From: Eledone cirrhosa
Taxonomy: Eukaryota
Direction: 5' to 3'
Length of the DNA: 64,000 nt
Assembly (NCBI GenBank): GCA_964016885.1
Contig: CAXHJY010000955.1
Span: 124,001-188,000, forward strand
Positions 1-15,050 of this stretch are shown piece by piece. Made by a program: the position numbers and the translations under genes. The notes below the pieces were generated by a model, which was given only the letters and a program-made list of their open reading frames with translations, was not told the DNA's origin and made no database searches. Each line of letters starts with the position of its first letter. The first letter of the stretch is position 1.

Positions 1-3000
1 TAGAAATATATTGGTGTAAAGTTGGAATAGAAATATATGGTGTAAAGTTGGAATAGAAATATATTGGTGTAAAGTTAGAATAGAAATATATTGGTGTAAA
101 ATTGGGAATAGAAATATATTGGTGAATAGTTGGGAATAGAAATATATCGGTGGAATGTTGGGAATAGAAATATATTGGTGTAAAGTTGGGAATAGAAATA
201 TATTGGTGTAAAGTTGGAATAGAAATATATTGGTATAAAGTTGGGAATAGAAATATATTGGAGTAAGGTTGAAAAAGAAATGTAGTGGTGTAAATTTGGG
301 AATAGAAATATATTGGTGTAAAGTTGGGAATAGAAATATATTGGTGTAAAGTTGGGAATAGAAATATATTGGTGTAAAGTTGGGAATAAAAATATATTGG
401 TGTAAAGTTGGAATAGAAATATGTTGGTGTAAAGTTGGAATAGAAATATAATGGTGTAAAGTTGGGAATAGAAATATATTGGTGCAAAGTTGGGAATAGA
501 AATATATTGGAGTAAAGTTGAGAATAGAAATATATTGGTGTAAAGTTGGGAATAGAAATATATTGGTGCAAAGTTGAAATAGAAATATATTGGTGTAAAG
601 TTGGAATAGAAATATATTGGTGTAAAGTTGGAATAGAAATATATTGGTGTAATGTTGGGAATAGAAATATATTGGTGTAAAGTTGGAATAGAAATATATT
701 GGTGTAAAGTTGGGAATAGAAATATATTGGAGTAAGGTTGGAATAGAAATGTATTGGTGTAATGTTGGAATAGAAATATATTGGTGTAAAGTTGGGAATA
801 AAAATATATTGGTGTAAAGTTGGGAATAGAAATATATTGGTGTAAAGTTGGAATAGAAATATATTGGTGTTAAGTTGGAATAGAAATATATTGGTGAAAA
901 GTTGGAATAGAAATATATTGGTGTAAAGTTGGGAATAGAAATATATTGGAGTAAGGTTGAAATAGAAATATATTGGTGTAAAGTTGGGAATAGAAATATT
1001 TCGGTGTAAAGTTGAGAATAGAAATATATTGGTGTAAAGTTGGAATAGAAATATATTGGTGTAAAGTTGGGAATAGAAATATATTGGTGTAAAGTTGCGA
1101 ATAGAAATATTTTGGTGTAAAGTTGGGAATAGAAATATATTGGTGTAAAGTTGGAATAGAAATATATTGGTGTAAATTTGGAATAGAAATATATTGGTGT
1201 AAATTTGGGAATAGAAATATATTGGTGTAAAGTTGGAATAGAAATATACTGGTGTAAAGTTGGGAATAGAAATATATTGGAGTAAGGTTGAAATAGAAAT
1301 ATATTGGTGTAAATTTGGGAATAGAAATATGTTGGTGTAAAGTTGGGAATAGAAATATATTGGTGTAAAGTTGGAATAGAAATATATTGGTGTAAAGTTG
1401 GTATAGAAATATAATGGTGTAAAGTTGGGAATAGAAATATATTGGTGCAAAGTTGGGAATAGAAATATATTGGTGCAAAGTTGGGAATAGAAATATATTG
1501 GAGCAAAGTTGGGAATAGAAATATATTGGTGTAAAGTTGGGAATAGAAATATATTGGAGTAAGGTTGGAATAGAAATATATTGGTGTAATGTTTGAATAG
1601 AAATATATTGGTGGAAAGTTGGGAATAGAAATATATTGGTGTAAAGTTGGGAATAGAAATATATTGGTGTAAAGTTGGAATAGAAATATATTGGTGTTAA
1701 GTTGGAATAGAAATATATTGGTGTAAAGTTGGAATAGAAATATATTGGTGTAAATTTGGGAATAGAAATATATTGGAGTAAGGTTGAAATAGAAATATAT
1801 TGGTGTAAAGTTGGGAATAGAAATATATTGGTGTAAAGATGGGAATAGAAATATATTGGTGTAAAGTTGGGAATAGAAATATTTTGGTGTAAAGTTGGGA
1901 ATAGAAATATATTGGTGTAAAGTTGGAATAGAAATATATTGGTGTAAAGTTGGGAATAGAAATATATTGGTGTAAAGTTGGGAATAGAAATATATTGGTG
2001 TAAAGTTGGAATAGAAATATATTGGAGTAAAGTTGGGAATAGAAATATATTGGTGTAAAGTTGGGAATAGAAATATATTGGTGTAAAGTTGGAATAGAAA
2101 TAAATTGGAATAAAGTTGGGAATAGAAATATATTGGTGTAAAGTTGGAATAGAAATATATTGGTGTAAAGTTGGAATAGAAATATATTGGTGTAAAGTTG
2201 GAAATAGAAATATATTGGTGTAGAGTTGGAATAGAAATATATTGGTGTAATGTTGGGTATAGAAATATATTGGTGTAAAGTTGGAATAGAAATATATGGT
2301 GTAAAGTTGGAATAGAAATATATTGGTGTAAAGTTAGAATAGAAATATATTGGTGTAAAATTGGGAATAGAAATATATTGGTGAATAGTTGGGAATAGAA
2401 ATATATCGGTGGAATGTTGGGAATAGAAATATATTGGTGTAAAGTTGGGAATAGAAATATTTTGGTGTAAAGTTGGGAATAGAAATATATTGGTGTAAAG
2501 TTGGAATAGAAATATATTGGTGTAAATTTGGAATAGAAATATATTGGTGTAAATTTGGGAATAGAAATATATTGGTGTAAAGTTGGAATAGAAATATACT
2601 GGTGTAAAGTTGGGAATAGAAATATATTGGAGTAAGGTTGAAATAGAAATATATTGGTGTAAATTTGGGAATAGAAATATGTTGGTGTAAAGTTGGGAAT
2701 AGAAATATATTGGTGTAAAGTTGGGAATAGAAATATATTGGTGTAAAGTTGGAATAGAAATATATTGGTGTAAAGTTGGTATAGAAATATAATGGTGTAA
2801 AGTTGGGAATAGAAATATATTGGTGCAAAGTTGGGAATAGAAATATATTGGTGCAAAGTTGGGAATAGAAATATATTGGAGCCATGTTGGGAATAGAAAT
2901 ATATTGGTGTAAAGTTGGGAATAGAAATATATTGGAGTAAGGTTGGAATAGAAATATATTGGTGTAATGTTGGAATAGAAATATATTGGTGGAAAGTTGG

Positions 3001-3019
3001 GAATAGAAATATATTGGTG

Positions 3020-6000
3020 TAAAGTTGGGAATAGAAATATATTGGTGTAAAGTTGGAATAGAAATATATTGGTGTTAAGTTGGAATAGAAATATATTGGT
3101 GTAAAGTTGGAATAGAAATATATTGGTGTAAAGTTGGGAATAGAAATATATTGGAGTAAGGTTGAAATAGAAATATATTGGTGTAAAGTTGGGAATAGAA
3201 ATATATTGGTGTAAAGATGGGAATAGAAATATATTGGTGTAAAGTTGGGAATAGAAATATTTTGGTGTAAAGTTGGGAATAGAAATATATTGGTGTAAAG
3301 TTGGAATAGAAATATATTGGTGTAAAGTTGGGAATAGATATATATTGGTGTAAAGTTGGGAATAGAAATATATTGGTGTAAAGTTGGAATAGAAATATAT
3401 TGGAGTAAAGTTGGGAATAGAAATATATTGGTGTAAAGTTGGGAATAGAAATATATTGGTGTAAAGTTGGAATAGAAATAAATTGGAATAAAGTTGGGAA
3501 TAGAAATATATTGGTGTAAAGTTGGAATAGAAATATATTGGTGTAAAGTTGGAATAGAAATATATTGGTGTAAAGTTGGAAATAGAAATATATTGGTGTA
3601 AAGTTGGAATAGAAATATATTGGTGTAAAGTTGGGTATAGAAATATATTGGTGTAAAGTTGGAATAGAAATATATGGTGTAAAGTTGGAATAGAAATATA
3701 TTGGTGTAAATTAGAATAGAAATATATTGGTGTAAAATTGGGAATAGAAATATATTGGTGAATAGTTGGGAATAGAAATACATCGGTGGAATGTTGGGAA
3801 TAGAAATATATTGGTGTAAAGTTGGGAATAGAAATATATTGGTGTAAAGTTGGAATAGAAATATATTGGTGTAAAGTTGGAATAGAAATATATTGGTGTA
3901 AAGTTGGAAATAGAAATATATTGGTGTAAAGTTGGAATAGAAATATATTGGTGTAAAGTTGGGTATAGAAATATATTGGTGTAAAGTTGGAATAGAAATA
4001 TATGGTGTAAAGTTGGAATAGAAATATATTGGTGTAAAGTTAGAATAGAAATATATTGGTGTAAAATTGGGAATAGAAATATATTGGTGAATAGTTGGGA
4101 ATAGAAATATATCGGTGGAATGTTGGGAATAGAAATATATTGGTGTAAAGTTGGGAATAGAAATATTTTGGTGTAAAGTTGGGAATAGAAATATATTGGT
4201 GTAAATTTGGAATAGAAATATATTGGTGTAAATTTGGGAATAGAAATATATTGGTGTAAAGTTGGAATAGAAATATACTGGTGTAAAGTTGGGAATAGAA
4301 ATATATTGGAGTAAGGTTGAAATAGAAATATATTGGTGTAAATTTGGGAATAGAAATATGTTTGTGTAAAGTTGGGAATAGAAATATATTGGTGTAAAGT
4401 TGGGAATAGAAATATATTGGTGTAAAGTTGGAATAGAAATATATTGGTGTAAAGTTGGTATAGAAATATAATGGTGTAAAGTTGGGAATAGAAATATATT
4501 GGTGCAAAGTTGGGAATAGAAATATATTGGTGCAAAGTTGGGAATAGAAATATATTGGAGCAAAGTTGGGAATAGAAATATATTGGTGTAAAGTTGGGAA
4601 TAGAAATATATTGGAGTAAGGTTGGAATAGAAATATATTGGTGTAATGTTGGAATAGAAATATATTGGTGGAAAGTTGGGAATAGAAATATATTGGTGTA
4701 AAGTTGGGAATAGAAATATATTGGTGTAAAGTTGGAATAGAAATATATTGGTGTTAAGTTGGAATAGAAATATATTGGTGTAAAGTTGGAATAGAAATAT
4801 ATTGGTGTAAAGTTGGGAATAGAAATATATTGGAGTAAGGTTGAAATAGAAATATATTGGTGTAAAGTTGGGAATAGAAATATATTGGTGTAAAGATGGG
4901 AATAGAAATATATTGGTGTAAAGTTGGGAATAGAAATATTTTGGTGTAAAGTTGGGAATAGAAATATATTGGTGTAAAGTTGGAATAGAAATATATTGGT
5001 GTAAAGTTGGGAATAGAAATATATTGGTGTAAAGTTGGGAATAGAAATATATTGGTGTAAAGTTGGAATAGAAATATATTGGAGTAAAGTTGGGAATAGA
5101 AATATATTGGTGTAAAGTTGGGAATAGAAATATATTGGTGTAAAGTTGGAATAGAAATAAATTGGAATAAAGTTGGGAATAGAAATATATTGGTGTAAAG
5201 TTGGAATAGAAATATATTGGTGTAAAGTTGGAATAGAAATATATTGGTGTAAAGTTGGAAATAGAAATATATTGGTGTAAAGTTGGAATAGAAATATATT
5301 GGTGTAAAGTTGGGTATAGAAATATATTGGTGTAAAGTTGGAATAGAAATATATGGTGTAAAGTTGGAATAGAAATATATTGGTGTAAAGTTAGAATAGA
5401 AATATATTGGTGTAAAATTGGGAATAGAAATATATTGGTGAATAGTTGGGAATAGAAATATATCGGTGGAATGTTGGGAATAGAAATATATTGGTGTAAA
5501 GTTGGGAATAGAAATATATTGGTGTAAAGTTGGAATAGAAATATATTGGTATAAAGTTGGGAATAGAAATATATTGGAGTAAGGTTGAAAAAGATATATA
5601 GTGGTGTAAATTTGGGAATAGAAATATAATGGTGTAAAGTTGGGAATAGAAATATATTGGTGTAAAGTTGGGAATAGAAATATATTGGTGTAAAGTTGGG
5701 AATAGAAATATATTGGTGTAAAGTTGGAGTAGAAATATGTTGGTGTAAATTTGGAATAGAAATATAATGGTGTAAAGTTGGGAATAGAAATATATTGGTG
5801 TAAAGTTGGAATAGAAATATATTGGTGTTAAGTTGGAATAGAAATATATTGGTGTAAAGTTGGAATAGAAATATATTGGTGTAAAGTTGGGAATAGAAAT
5901 ATATTGGAGTAAGGTTGAAATAGAAATATATTGGTGTAAAGTTGGGAATAGAAATATATTGGTGTAAAGATGGGAATAGAAATATATTGGTGTAAAGTTG

Positions 6001-8553
6001 GGAATAGAAATATTTTGGTGTAAAGTTGGGAATAGAAATATATTGGTGTAAAGTTGGAATAGAAATATATTGGTGTAAAGTTGGGAATAGAAATATATTG
6101 GTGTAAAGTTGGGAATAGAAATATATTGGTGTAAAGTTGGAATAGAAATATATTGGAGTAAAGTTGGGAATAGAAATATATTGGTGTAAAGTTGGGAATA
6201 GAAATATATTGGTGTAAAGTTGGAATAGAAATAAATTGGAATAAAGTTGGGAATAGAAATATATTGGTGTAAAGTTGGAATAGAAATATATTGGTGTAAA
6301 GTTGGAATAGAAATATATTGGTGTAAAGTTGGAAATAGAAATATATTGGTGTAAAGTTGGAATAGAAATATATTGGTGTAAAGTTGGGTATAGAAATATA
6401 TTGGTGTAAAGTTGGAATAGAAATATATGGTGTAAAGTTGGAATAGAAATATATTGGTGTAAATTAGAATAGAAATATATTGGTGTAAAATTGGGAATAG
6501 AAATATATTGGTGAATAGTTGGGAATAGAAATACATCGGTGGAATGTTGGGAATAGAAATATATTGGTGTAAAGTTGGGAATAGAAATATATTGGTGTAA
6601 AGTTGGAATAGAAATATATTGGTGTAAAGTTGGAATAGAAATATATTGGTGTAAAGTTGGAAATAGAAATATATTGGTGTAAAGTTGGAATAGAAATATA
6701 TTGGTGTAAAGTTGGGTATAGAAATATATTGGTGTAAAGTTGGAATAGAAATATATGGTGTAAAGTTGGAATAGAAATATATTGGTGTAAAGTTAGAATA
6801 GAAATATATTGGTGTAAAATTGGGAATAGAAATATATTGGTGAATAGTTGGGAATAGAAATATATCGGTGGAATGTTGGGAATAGAAATATATTGGTGTA
6901 AAGTTGGGAATAGAAATATTTTGGTGTAAAGTTGGGAATAGAAATATATTGGTGTAAATTTGGAATAGAAATATATTGGTGTAAATTTGGGAATAGAAAT
7001 ATATTGGTGTAAAGTTGGAATAGAAATATACTGGTGTAAAGTTGGGAATAGAAATATATTGGAGTAAGGTTGAAATAGAAATATATTGGTGTAAATTTGG
7101 GAATAGAAATATGTTGGTGTAAAGTTGGGAATAGAAATATATTGGTGTAAAGTTGGGAATAGAAATATATTGGTGTAAAGTTGGAATAGAAATATATTGG
7201 TGTAAAGTTGGTATAGAAATATAATGGTGTAAAGTTGGGAATAGAAATATATTGGTGCAAAGTTGGGAATAGAAATATATTGGTGCAAAGTTGGGAATAG
7301 AAATATATTGGAGCAAAGTTGGGAATAGAAATATATTGGTGTAAAGTTGGGAATAGAAATATATTGGAGTAAGGTTGGAATAGAAATATATTGGTGTAAT
7401 GTTGGAATAGAAATATATTGGTGGAAAGTTGGGAATAGAAATATATTGGTGTAAAGTTGGGAATAGAAATATATTGGTGTAAAGTTGGAATAGAAATATA
7501 TTGGTGTTAAGTTGGAATAGAAATATATTGGTGTAAAGTTGGAATAGAAATATATTGGTGTAAAGTTGGGAATAGAAATATATTGGAGTAAGGTTGAAAT
7601 AGAAATATATTGGTGTAAAGTTGGGAATAGAAATATATTGGTGTAAAGATGGGAATAGAAATATATTGGTGTAAAGTTGGGAATAGAAATATTTTGGTGT
7701 AAAGTTGGGAATAGAAATATATTGGTGTAAAGTTGGAATAGAAATATATTGGTGTAAAGTTGGGAATAGAAATATATTGGTGTAAAGTTGGGAATAGAAA
7801 TATATTGGTGTAAAGTTGGAATAGAAATATATTGGAGTAAAGTTGGGAATAGAAATATATTGGTGTAAAGTTGGGAATAGAAATATATTGGTGTAAAGTT
7901 GGAATAGAAATAAATTGGAATAAAGTTGGGAATAGAAATATATTGGTGTAAAGTTGGAATAGAAATATATTGGTGTAAAGTTGGAATAGAAATATATTGG
8001 TGTAAAGTTGGAAATAGAAATATATTGGTGTAAAGTTGGAATAGAAATATATTGGTGTAAAGTTGGGTATAGAAATATATTGGTGTAAAGTTGGAATAGA
8101 AATATATGGTGTAAAGTTGGAATAGAAATATATTGGTGTAAAGTTAGAATAGAAATATATTGGTGTAAAATTGGGAATAGAAATATATTGGTGAATAGTT
8201 GGGAATAGAAATATATCGGTGGAATGTTGGGAATAGAAATATATTGGTGTAAAGTTGGGAATAGAAATATATTGGTGTAAAGTTGGAATAGAAATATATT
8301 GGTATAAAGTTGGGAATAGAAATATATTGGAGTAAGGTTGAAAAAGATATATAGTGGTGTAAATTTGGGAATAGAAATATAATGGTGTAAAGTTGGGAAT
8401 AGAAATATATTGGTGTAAAGTTGGGAATAGAAATATATTGGTGTAAAGTTGGGAATAGAAATATATTGGTGTAAAGTTGGAGTAGAAATATGTTGGTGTA
8501 AATTTGGAATAGAAATATAATGGTGTAAAGTTGGGAATAGAAATATATTGGTG
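3020..8553 (+). repeat. Tandem duplication with a 2753-bp unit (about 100 monomers), two copies
   Basis: Markers recur at +2753: GGTGTTA 3071/5824, TAAATTGGAATAAAG 3479/6232 and 5158/7911, AAGGTTGAAAAAGATATATAGTGG 5581/8334. The ORF pair 3711/6464 has the same offset. Confidence 0.85.
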
Positions 8554-9329
8554 CAAAGATGGGAATAGAAATATATTGGAGTAAAGTTGGGAATAGAAAT
8601 ATATTGGTGTAAAGTTGGGAATAGAAATATATTGGAGTAAAGTTGGGAATAGAAATATATTGGTGCAAAGTTGGAATAGAAATATATTGGTGTAAAGTTG
8701 GAATAGAAATATATTGGTGTAATGTTGGGAATAGAAATATATTGGTGTAAAGTTGGAATAGAAATATATTGGTGTAAAGTTGGGAATAGAAATATATTGG
8801 AGTAAGGTTGGAATAGAAATATATTGGTGTAATGTTGGAATAGAAATATATTGGTGGAAAGTTGGGAATAAAAATATATTGGTGTAAAGTTGGGAATAGA
8901 AATATATTGGTGTAAAGTTGGAATAGAAATATATTGGTGTTAAGTTGGAATAGAAATATATTGGTGAAAAGTTGGAATAGAAATATATTGGTGTAAAGTT
9001 GGGAATAGAAATATATTGGAGTAAGGTTGAAATAGAAATATATTGGTGTAAAGTTGGGAATAGAAATATTTTGGTGTAAAGTTGAGAATAGAAATATATT
9101 GGTGTAAAGTTGGAATAGAAATATATTGGTGTAAAGTTGGGAATAGAAATATATTGGTGTAAAGTTGGGAATAGCAATATGTTGCTGTAAAGTTGGGAAT
9201 AGAAATATATTGGTGTAAAGTTGGGAATAGAAATATATTGGCGTAAAGTTGGAATAGAAATATATTGGAGTAAAGTTGGGAATAGAAATATATTGGTGTA
9301 AAGTTGATAATAGAAATATATTGGTGTAA

Positions 9330-12300
9330 AGTTGGAATAGAAATTAATTGGAATAAAGTTGGGAATAGAAATATATTGGTGTAAAGTTGGAATAGAAATA
9401 TATTGGTGTAAAGTTGGAATAGAAATATATTGGTGTAAAGTTGGAAATAGAAATATATTGGTGTAAAGTTGGAATAGAAATATATTGGTGTAAATTTGGG
9501 TATAGAAATATATTCGTGTAAAGTTGGAATAGAAATATATGGTGTAAAGTTGGAATAGAAATATATTGGTGTAAAGTTAGATTAGAAATATATTGGTTTA
9601 AAATTGGGAATAGAAATATATTGGTGAATAGTTGGGAATAGAAATATATCGGTGGAATGTTGGGAATAGAAATATATTGGTGTAAAGTTGGGTATAGAAA
9701 TATATTGGTGTAAAGTTGGAATAGAAATATATTGGTGTAAAGTTGGAATAGAAATATATTGGTGTAAAGTTGGAATAGAAATATATTGGTGTAAAGTTGG
9801 GAATAGGAATATATTGGTGTAAAGTTGGAATAGAAATATATTGGTGTAAAGTTAGGAATAGAAATATATTGGAGGAAGGTTGAAATAGAAATATATTGGT
9901 GTAAAGTTGGAATAGAAATATAATGGTGTAAAGTTGGGAATAGAAATATATTGGTGTAAAGTTGGGAATAGAAATATATTGGTGTAAAGTTGGAATAGAA
10001 ATAAACTGGTGTAAAGTTAGGAATAGAAATATATTGGAGTAAGGTTGAAATAGAAATATATTGGTGTAAAGTTGGAATAGAAATATATTGGTGTAAAGTT
10101 GGGAATAGAAATATATTGGTGTAAAGTTGGGAATAGAAATATTTTGGTGTAAAGTTGAAATAGAAATATATTGGTGTAAAATTGGAATAGAAATAGCTTG
10201 CTGTAAAGTTGGGAATAGAAATATATTGGAATGAGGTTGGAATAGAAATATATTGGTGTAAAGTTAGAATAGAAATATATTGGTGTAAAGCTAGGAATAG
10301 AAATATATTGGTGTAAAGTTGGGAATAGGAATATATTGGTGCAAAGTTGGAATAGAAATATATTGGCGTAAAGTTGGGAATAGAAATATATTGGTGTAAA
10401 GTTGGGAATAGAAATATATTGGTGCAAAGTTGGAATAGAAATATATTGGCGTAAAGTTGGGAATAGAAATATATTGGTGTAAAGTTGGGAATAGAAATAT
10501 ATTGGTGCGAAGTTGGAATAGAAATATATTGGTGTAAAGTTGGGAATAGAAATATATTGGAGTAAAGTTGGGAATAGAAATATATTGGTGCAAAGTTGAA
10601 ATAGAAATATATTGGTGTAAAGTTGGAATAGAAATATATTGGTGTAAAGTTGGAATAGAAATATATTGGTGTAATGTTGGGAATAGAAATATATTGGTGT
10701 AAAGTTGGAATAGAAATATATTGGTGTATAGTTGGGAATAGAAATATATTGGTGTAAAGTTGGAACAGAAATATATTGGTGTAAAGTTTGAATAGAAATT
10801 AATTGGAATAAAGTTGGGAATAGAAATATATTGGTGTAAAGTTGGAATAGAAATATATTGGTGTAAAGTTGGAATAGAAATATATTGGTGTAAATTTGGA
10901 AATAGAAATATATTGGTGTAAAGTTGGAATAGAAATATATTGGTGTAAATTTGGGTATAGAAATATATTGGTGTAAAGTTGGAATAGAAATATATGGTGT
11001 AAAGTTGGAATAGAAATATATTGGTGTAAAGTTAGATTAGAAATATATTGGTTTAAAATTGGGAATAGAAATATATTGGTGAATAGTTGGGAATAGAAAT
11101 ATATCGGTGGAATGTTGGGAATAGAAATATATTGGTGTAAAGTTGGGTATAGAAATATATTGGTGTAAAGTTGGAATAGAAATATATTGGTGTAAAGTTG
11201 GAATAGAAATATATTGGTGTAAAGTTGGAATAGAAATATATTGGTGTAAAGTTGGGAATAGGAATATATTGGTGTAAAGTTGGAAGAGAAATATATTGGT
11301 GTAAAGTTAGGAATAGAAATATATTGGAGTAAGGTTGAAATAGAAATATATTGGTGTAAAGTTGGAATAGAAATATAATGGTGTAAAGTTGGGAATAGAA
11401 ATATATTGGTGTAAAGTTGGAATAGAAATAAACTGGTGTAAAGTTAGGAATAGAAATATATTGGAGTAAGGTTGAAATAGAAATATATTGGTGTAAAGTT
11501 GGAATAGAAATATATTGGTGTAAAGTTGGGAATAGAAATATATTGGTGTAAAGTTGGGAAAAGAAATATTTTGGTGTAAAGTTGGAAATAGAAATATATT
11601 GGTGTAAAATTGGAATAGAAATAGCTTGCTGTAAAGTTGGGAATAGAAATATATTGGAATGAGGTTGGAATAGAAATATATTGGTGTAAAGTTAGAATAG
11701 AAATATATTGGTGTAAAGCTAGGAATAGAAATATATTGGTGTAAAGTTGGGAATAGGAATATATTGGTGCAAAGTTGGAATAGAAATATATTGGCGTAAA
11801 GTTGGGAATAGAAATATATTGGTGTAAAGTTGGGAATAGAAATATATTGGTGCAAAGTTGGAATAGAAATATATTGGCGTAAAGTTGGGAATAGAAATAT
11901 ATTGGTGTAAAGTTGGGAATAGAAATATATTGGTGCGAAGTTCGAATAGAAATATATTGGTGTAAAGTTGGGAATAGAAATATATTGGAGTAAAGTTGGG
12001 AATAGAAATATATTGGTGCAAAGTTGAAATAGAAATATATTGGTGTAAAGTTGGAATAGAAATATATTGGTGTAAAGTTGGAATAGAAATATATTGGTGT
12101 AATGTTGGGAATAGAAATATATTGGTGTAAAGTTGGAATAGAAATATATTGGTGTATAGTTGGGAATAGAAATATATTGGTGTAAAGTTGGAACAGAAAT
12201 ATATTGGTGTAAAGTTTGAATAGAAATTAATTGGAATAAAGTTGGGAATAGAAATATATTGGTGTAAAGTTGGAATAGAAATATATTGGTGTAAAGTTGG

Positions 12301-15050
12301 AATAGAAATATATTGGTGTAAATTTGGAAATAGAAATATATTGGTGTAAAGTTGGAATAGAAATATATTGGTGTAAATTTGGGTATAGAAATATATTGGT
12401 GTAAAGTTGGAATAGAAATATATGGTGTAAAGTTGGAATAGAAATATATTGGTGTAAAGTTAGATTAGAAATATATTGGTTTAAAATTGGGAATAGAAAT
12501 ATATTGGTGAATAGTTGGGAATAGAAATATATCGGTGGAATGTTGGGAATAGAAATATATTGGTGTAAAGTTGGGTATAGAAATATATTGGTGTAAAGTT
12601 GGAATAGAAATATATTGGTGTAAAGTTGGAATAGAAATATATTGGTGTAAAGTTGGAATAGAAATATATTGGTGTAAAGTTGGGAATAGGAATATATTGG
12701 TGTAAAGTTGGAAGAGAAATATATTGGTGTAAAGTTAGGAATAGAAATATATTGGAGTAAGGTTGAAATAGAAATATATTGGTGTAAAGTTGGAATAGAA
12801 ATATAATGGTGTAAAGTTGGGAATAGAAATATATTGGTGTAAAGTTGGGAATAGAAATATATTGGTGTAAAGTTGGAATAGAAATAAACTGGTGTAAAGT
12901 TAGGAATAGAAATATATTGGAGTAAGGTTGAAATAGAAATATATTGGTGTAAAGTTGGAATAGAAATATATTGGTGTAAAGTTGGGAATAGAAATATATT
13001 GGTGTAAAGTTGGGAATAGAAATATTTTGGTGTAAAGTTGGAAATAGAAATATATTGGTGTAAAATTGGAATAGAAATAGCTTGCTGTAAAGTTGGGAAT
13101 AGAAATATATTGGAATGAGGTTGGAATAGAAATATATTGGTGTAAAGTTAGAATAGAAATATATTGGTGTAAAGATAGGAATAGAAATATATTGGTGTAA
13201 AGTTGGGAATAGGAATATATTGGTGCAAAGTTGGAATAGAAATATATTGGCGTAAAGGTGGGAATAGAAATATATTGGTGTAAAGTTGGGAATAGAAATA
13301 TATTGGTGCAAAGTTGGAATAGAAATATATTGGCGTAAAGTTGGGAATAGAAATATATTGGTGTAAAGTTGGGAATAGAAATATATTGGTGCGAAGTTGG
13401 AATAGAAATATATTGGCGTAAAGTTGGGAATAGAAATATATTGGAGTAAAGTTGGGAATAGAAATATATTGGTGCAAAGTTGAAATAGAAATATATTGGT
13501 GTAAAGTTGGAATAGAAATATATTGGTGTAAAGTTGGAATAGAAATATATTGGTGTAATGTTGGGAATAGAAATATATTGGTGTAAAGTTGGAATAGAAA
13601 TATATTGGTGTATAGTTGGGAATAGAAATATATTGGTGTAAAGTTGGAACAGAAATATATTGGTGTAAAGTTTGAATAGAAATTAATTGGAATAAAGTTG
13701 GGAATAGAAATATATTGGTGTAAAGTTGGAATAGAAATATATTGGTGTAAAGTTGGAATAGAAATATATTGGTGTAAATTTGGAAATAGAAATATATTGG
13801 TGTAAAGTTGGAATAGAAATATATTGGTGTAAATTTGGGTATAGAAATATATTGGTGTAAAGTTGGAATAGAAATATATGGTGTAAAGTTGGAATAGAAA
13901 TATATTGGTGTAAAGTTAGATTAGAAATATATTGGTTTAAAATTGGGAATAGAAATATATTGGTGAATAGTTGGGAATAGAAATATATCGGTGGAATGTT
14001 GGGAATAGAAATATATTGGTGTAAAGTTGGGTATAGAAATATATTGGTGTAAAGTTGGAATAGAAATATATTGGTGTAAAGTTGGAATAGAAATATATTG
14101 GTGTAAAGTTGGAATAGAAATATATTGGTGTAAAGTTGGGAATAGGAATATATTGGTGTAAAGTTGGAAGAGAAATATATTGGTGTAAAGTTAGGAATAG
14201 AAATATATTGGAGTAAGGTTGAAATAGAAATATATTGGTGTAAAGTTGGAATAGAAATATAATGGTGTAAAGTTGGGAATAGAAATATATTGGTGTAAAG
14301 TTGGGAATAGAAATATATTGGTGTAAAGTTGGAATAGAAATAAACTGGTGTAAAGTTAGGAATAGAAATATATTGGAGTAAGGTTGAAATAGAAATATAT
14401 TGGTGTAAAGTTGGAATAGAAATATATTGGTGTAAAGTTGGGAATAGAAATATATTGGTGTAAAGTTGGGAATAGAAATATTTTGGTGTAAAGTTGGAAA
14501 TAGAAATATATTGGTGTAAAATTGGAATAGAAATAGCTTGCTGTAAAGTTGGGAATAGAAATATATTGGAATGAGGTTGGAATAGAAATATATTGGTGTA
14601 AAGTTAGAATAGAAATATATTGGTGTAAAGATAGGAATAGAAATATATTGGTGTAAAGTTGGGAATAGGAATATATGGGTGCAAAGTTGGAATAGAAATA
14701 TATTGGCGTAAAGGTGGGAATAGAAATATATTGGTGTAAAGTTGGGAATAGAAATATATTGGTGCAAAGTTGGAATAGAAATATATTGGCGTAAAGTTGG
14801 GAATAGAAATATATTGGTGTAAAGTTGGGAATAGAAATATATTGGTGCGAAGTTGGAATAGAAATATATTGGCGTAAAGTTGGGAATAGAAATATATTGG
14901 AGTAAAGTTGGGAATAGAAATATATTGGTGCAAAGTTGAAATAGAAATATATTGGTGTAAAGTTGGAATAGAAATATATTGGTGTAAAGTTGGAATAGAA
15001 ATATATTGGTGTAATGTTGGGAATAGAACTATATTGGTGTAAAGTTGGAA
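9330..15050 (+). repeat. Higher-order repeat, four copies of a 1428/1456-bp unit
   Basis: The unique marker ATAGCTTGCTGTAAAG occurs at 10193, 11621, 13077 and 14533 (spacings 1428, 1456, 1456). The ORF track repeats with the same spacings. Confidence 0.88.

Noticed and set aside
1091-1103. AAGTTGCGAATAG variant, the same as that upstream of each SINE
   Set aside because: Neighbouring monomers differ and there is no insert or ATAAT site at the expected distance, so it is probably a recurrent substitution.
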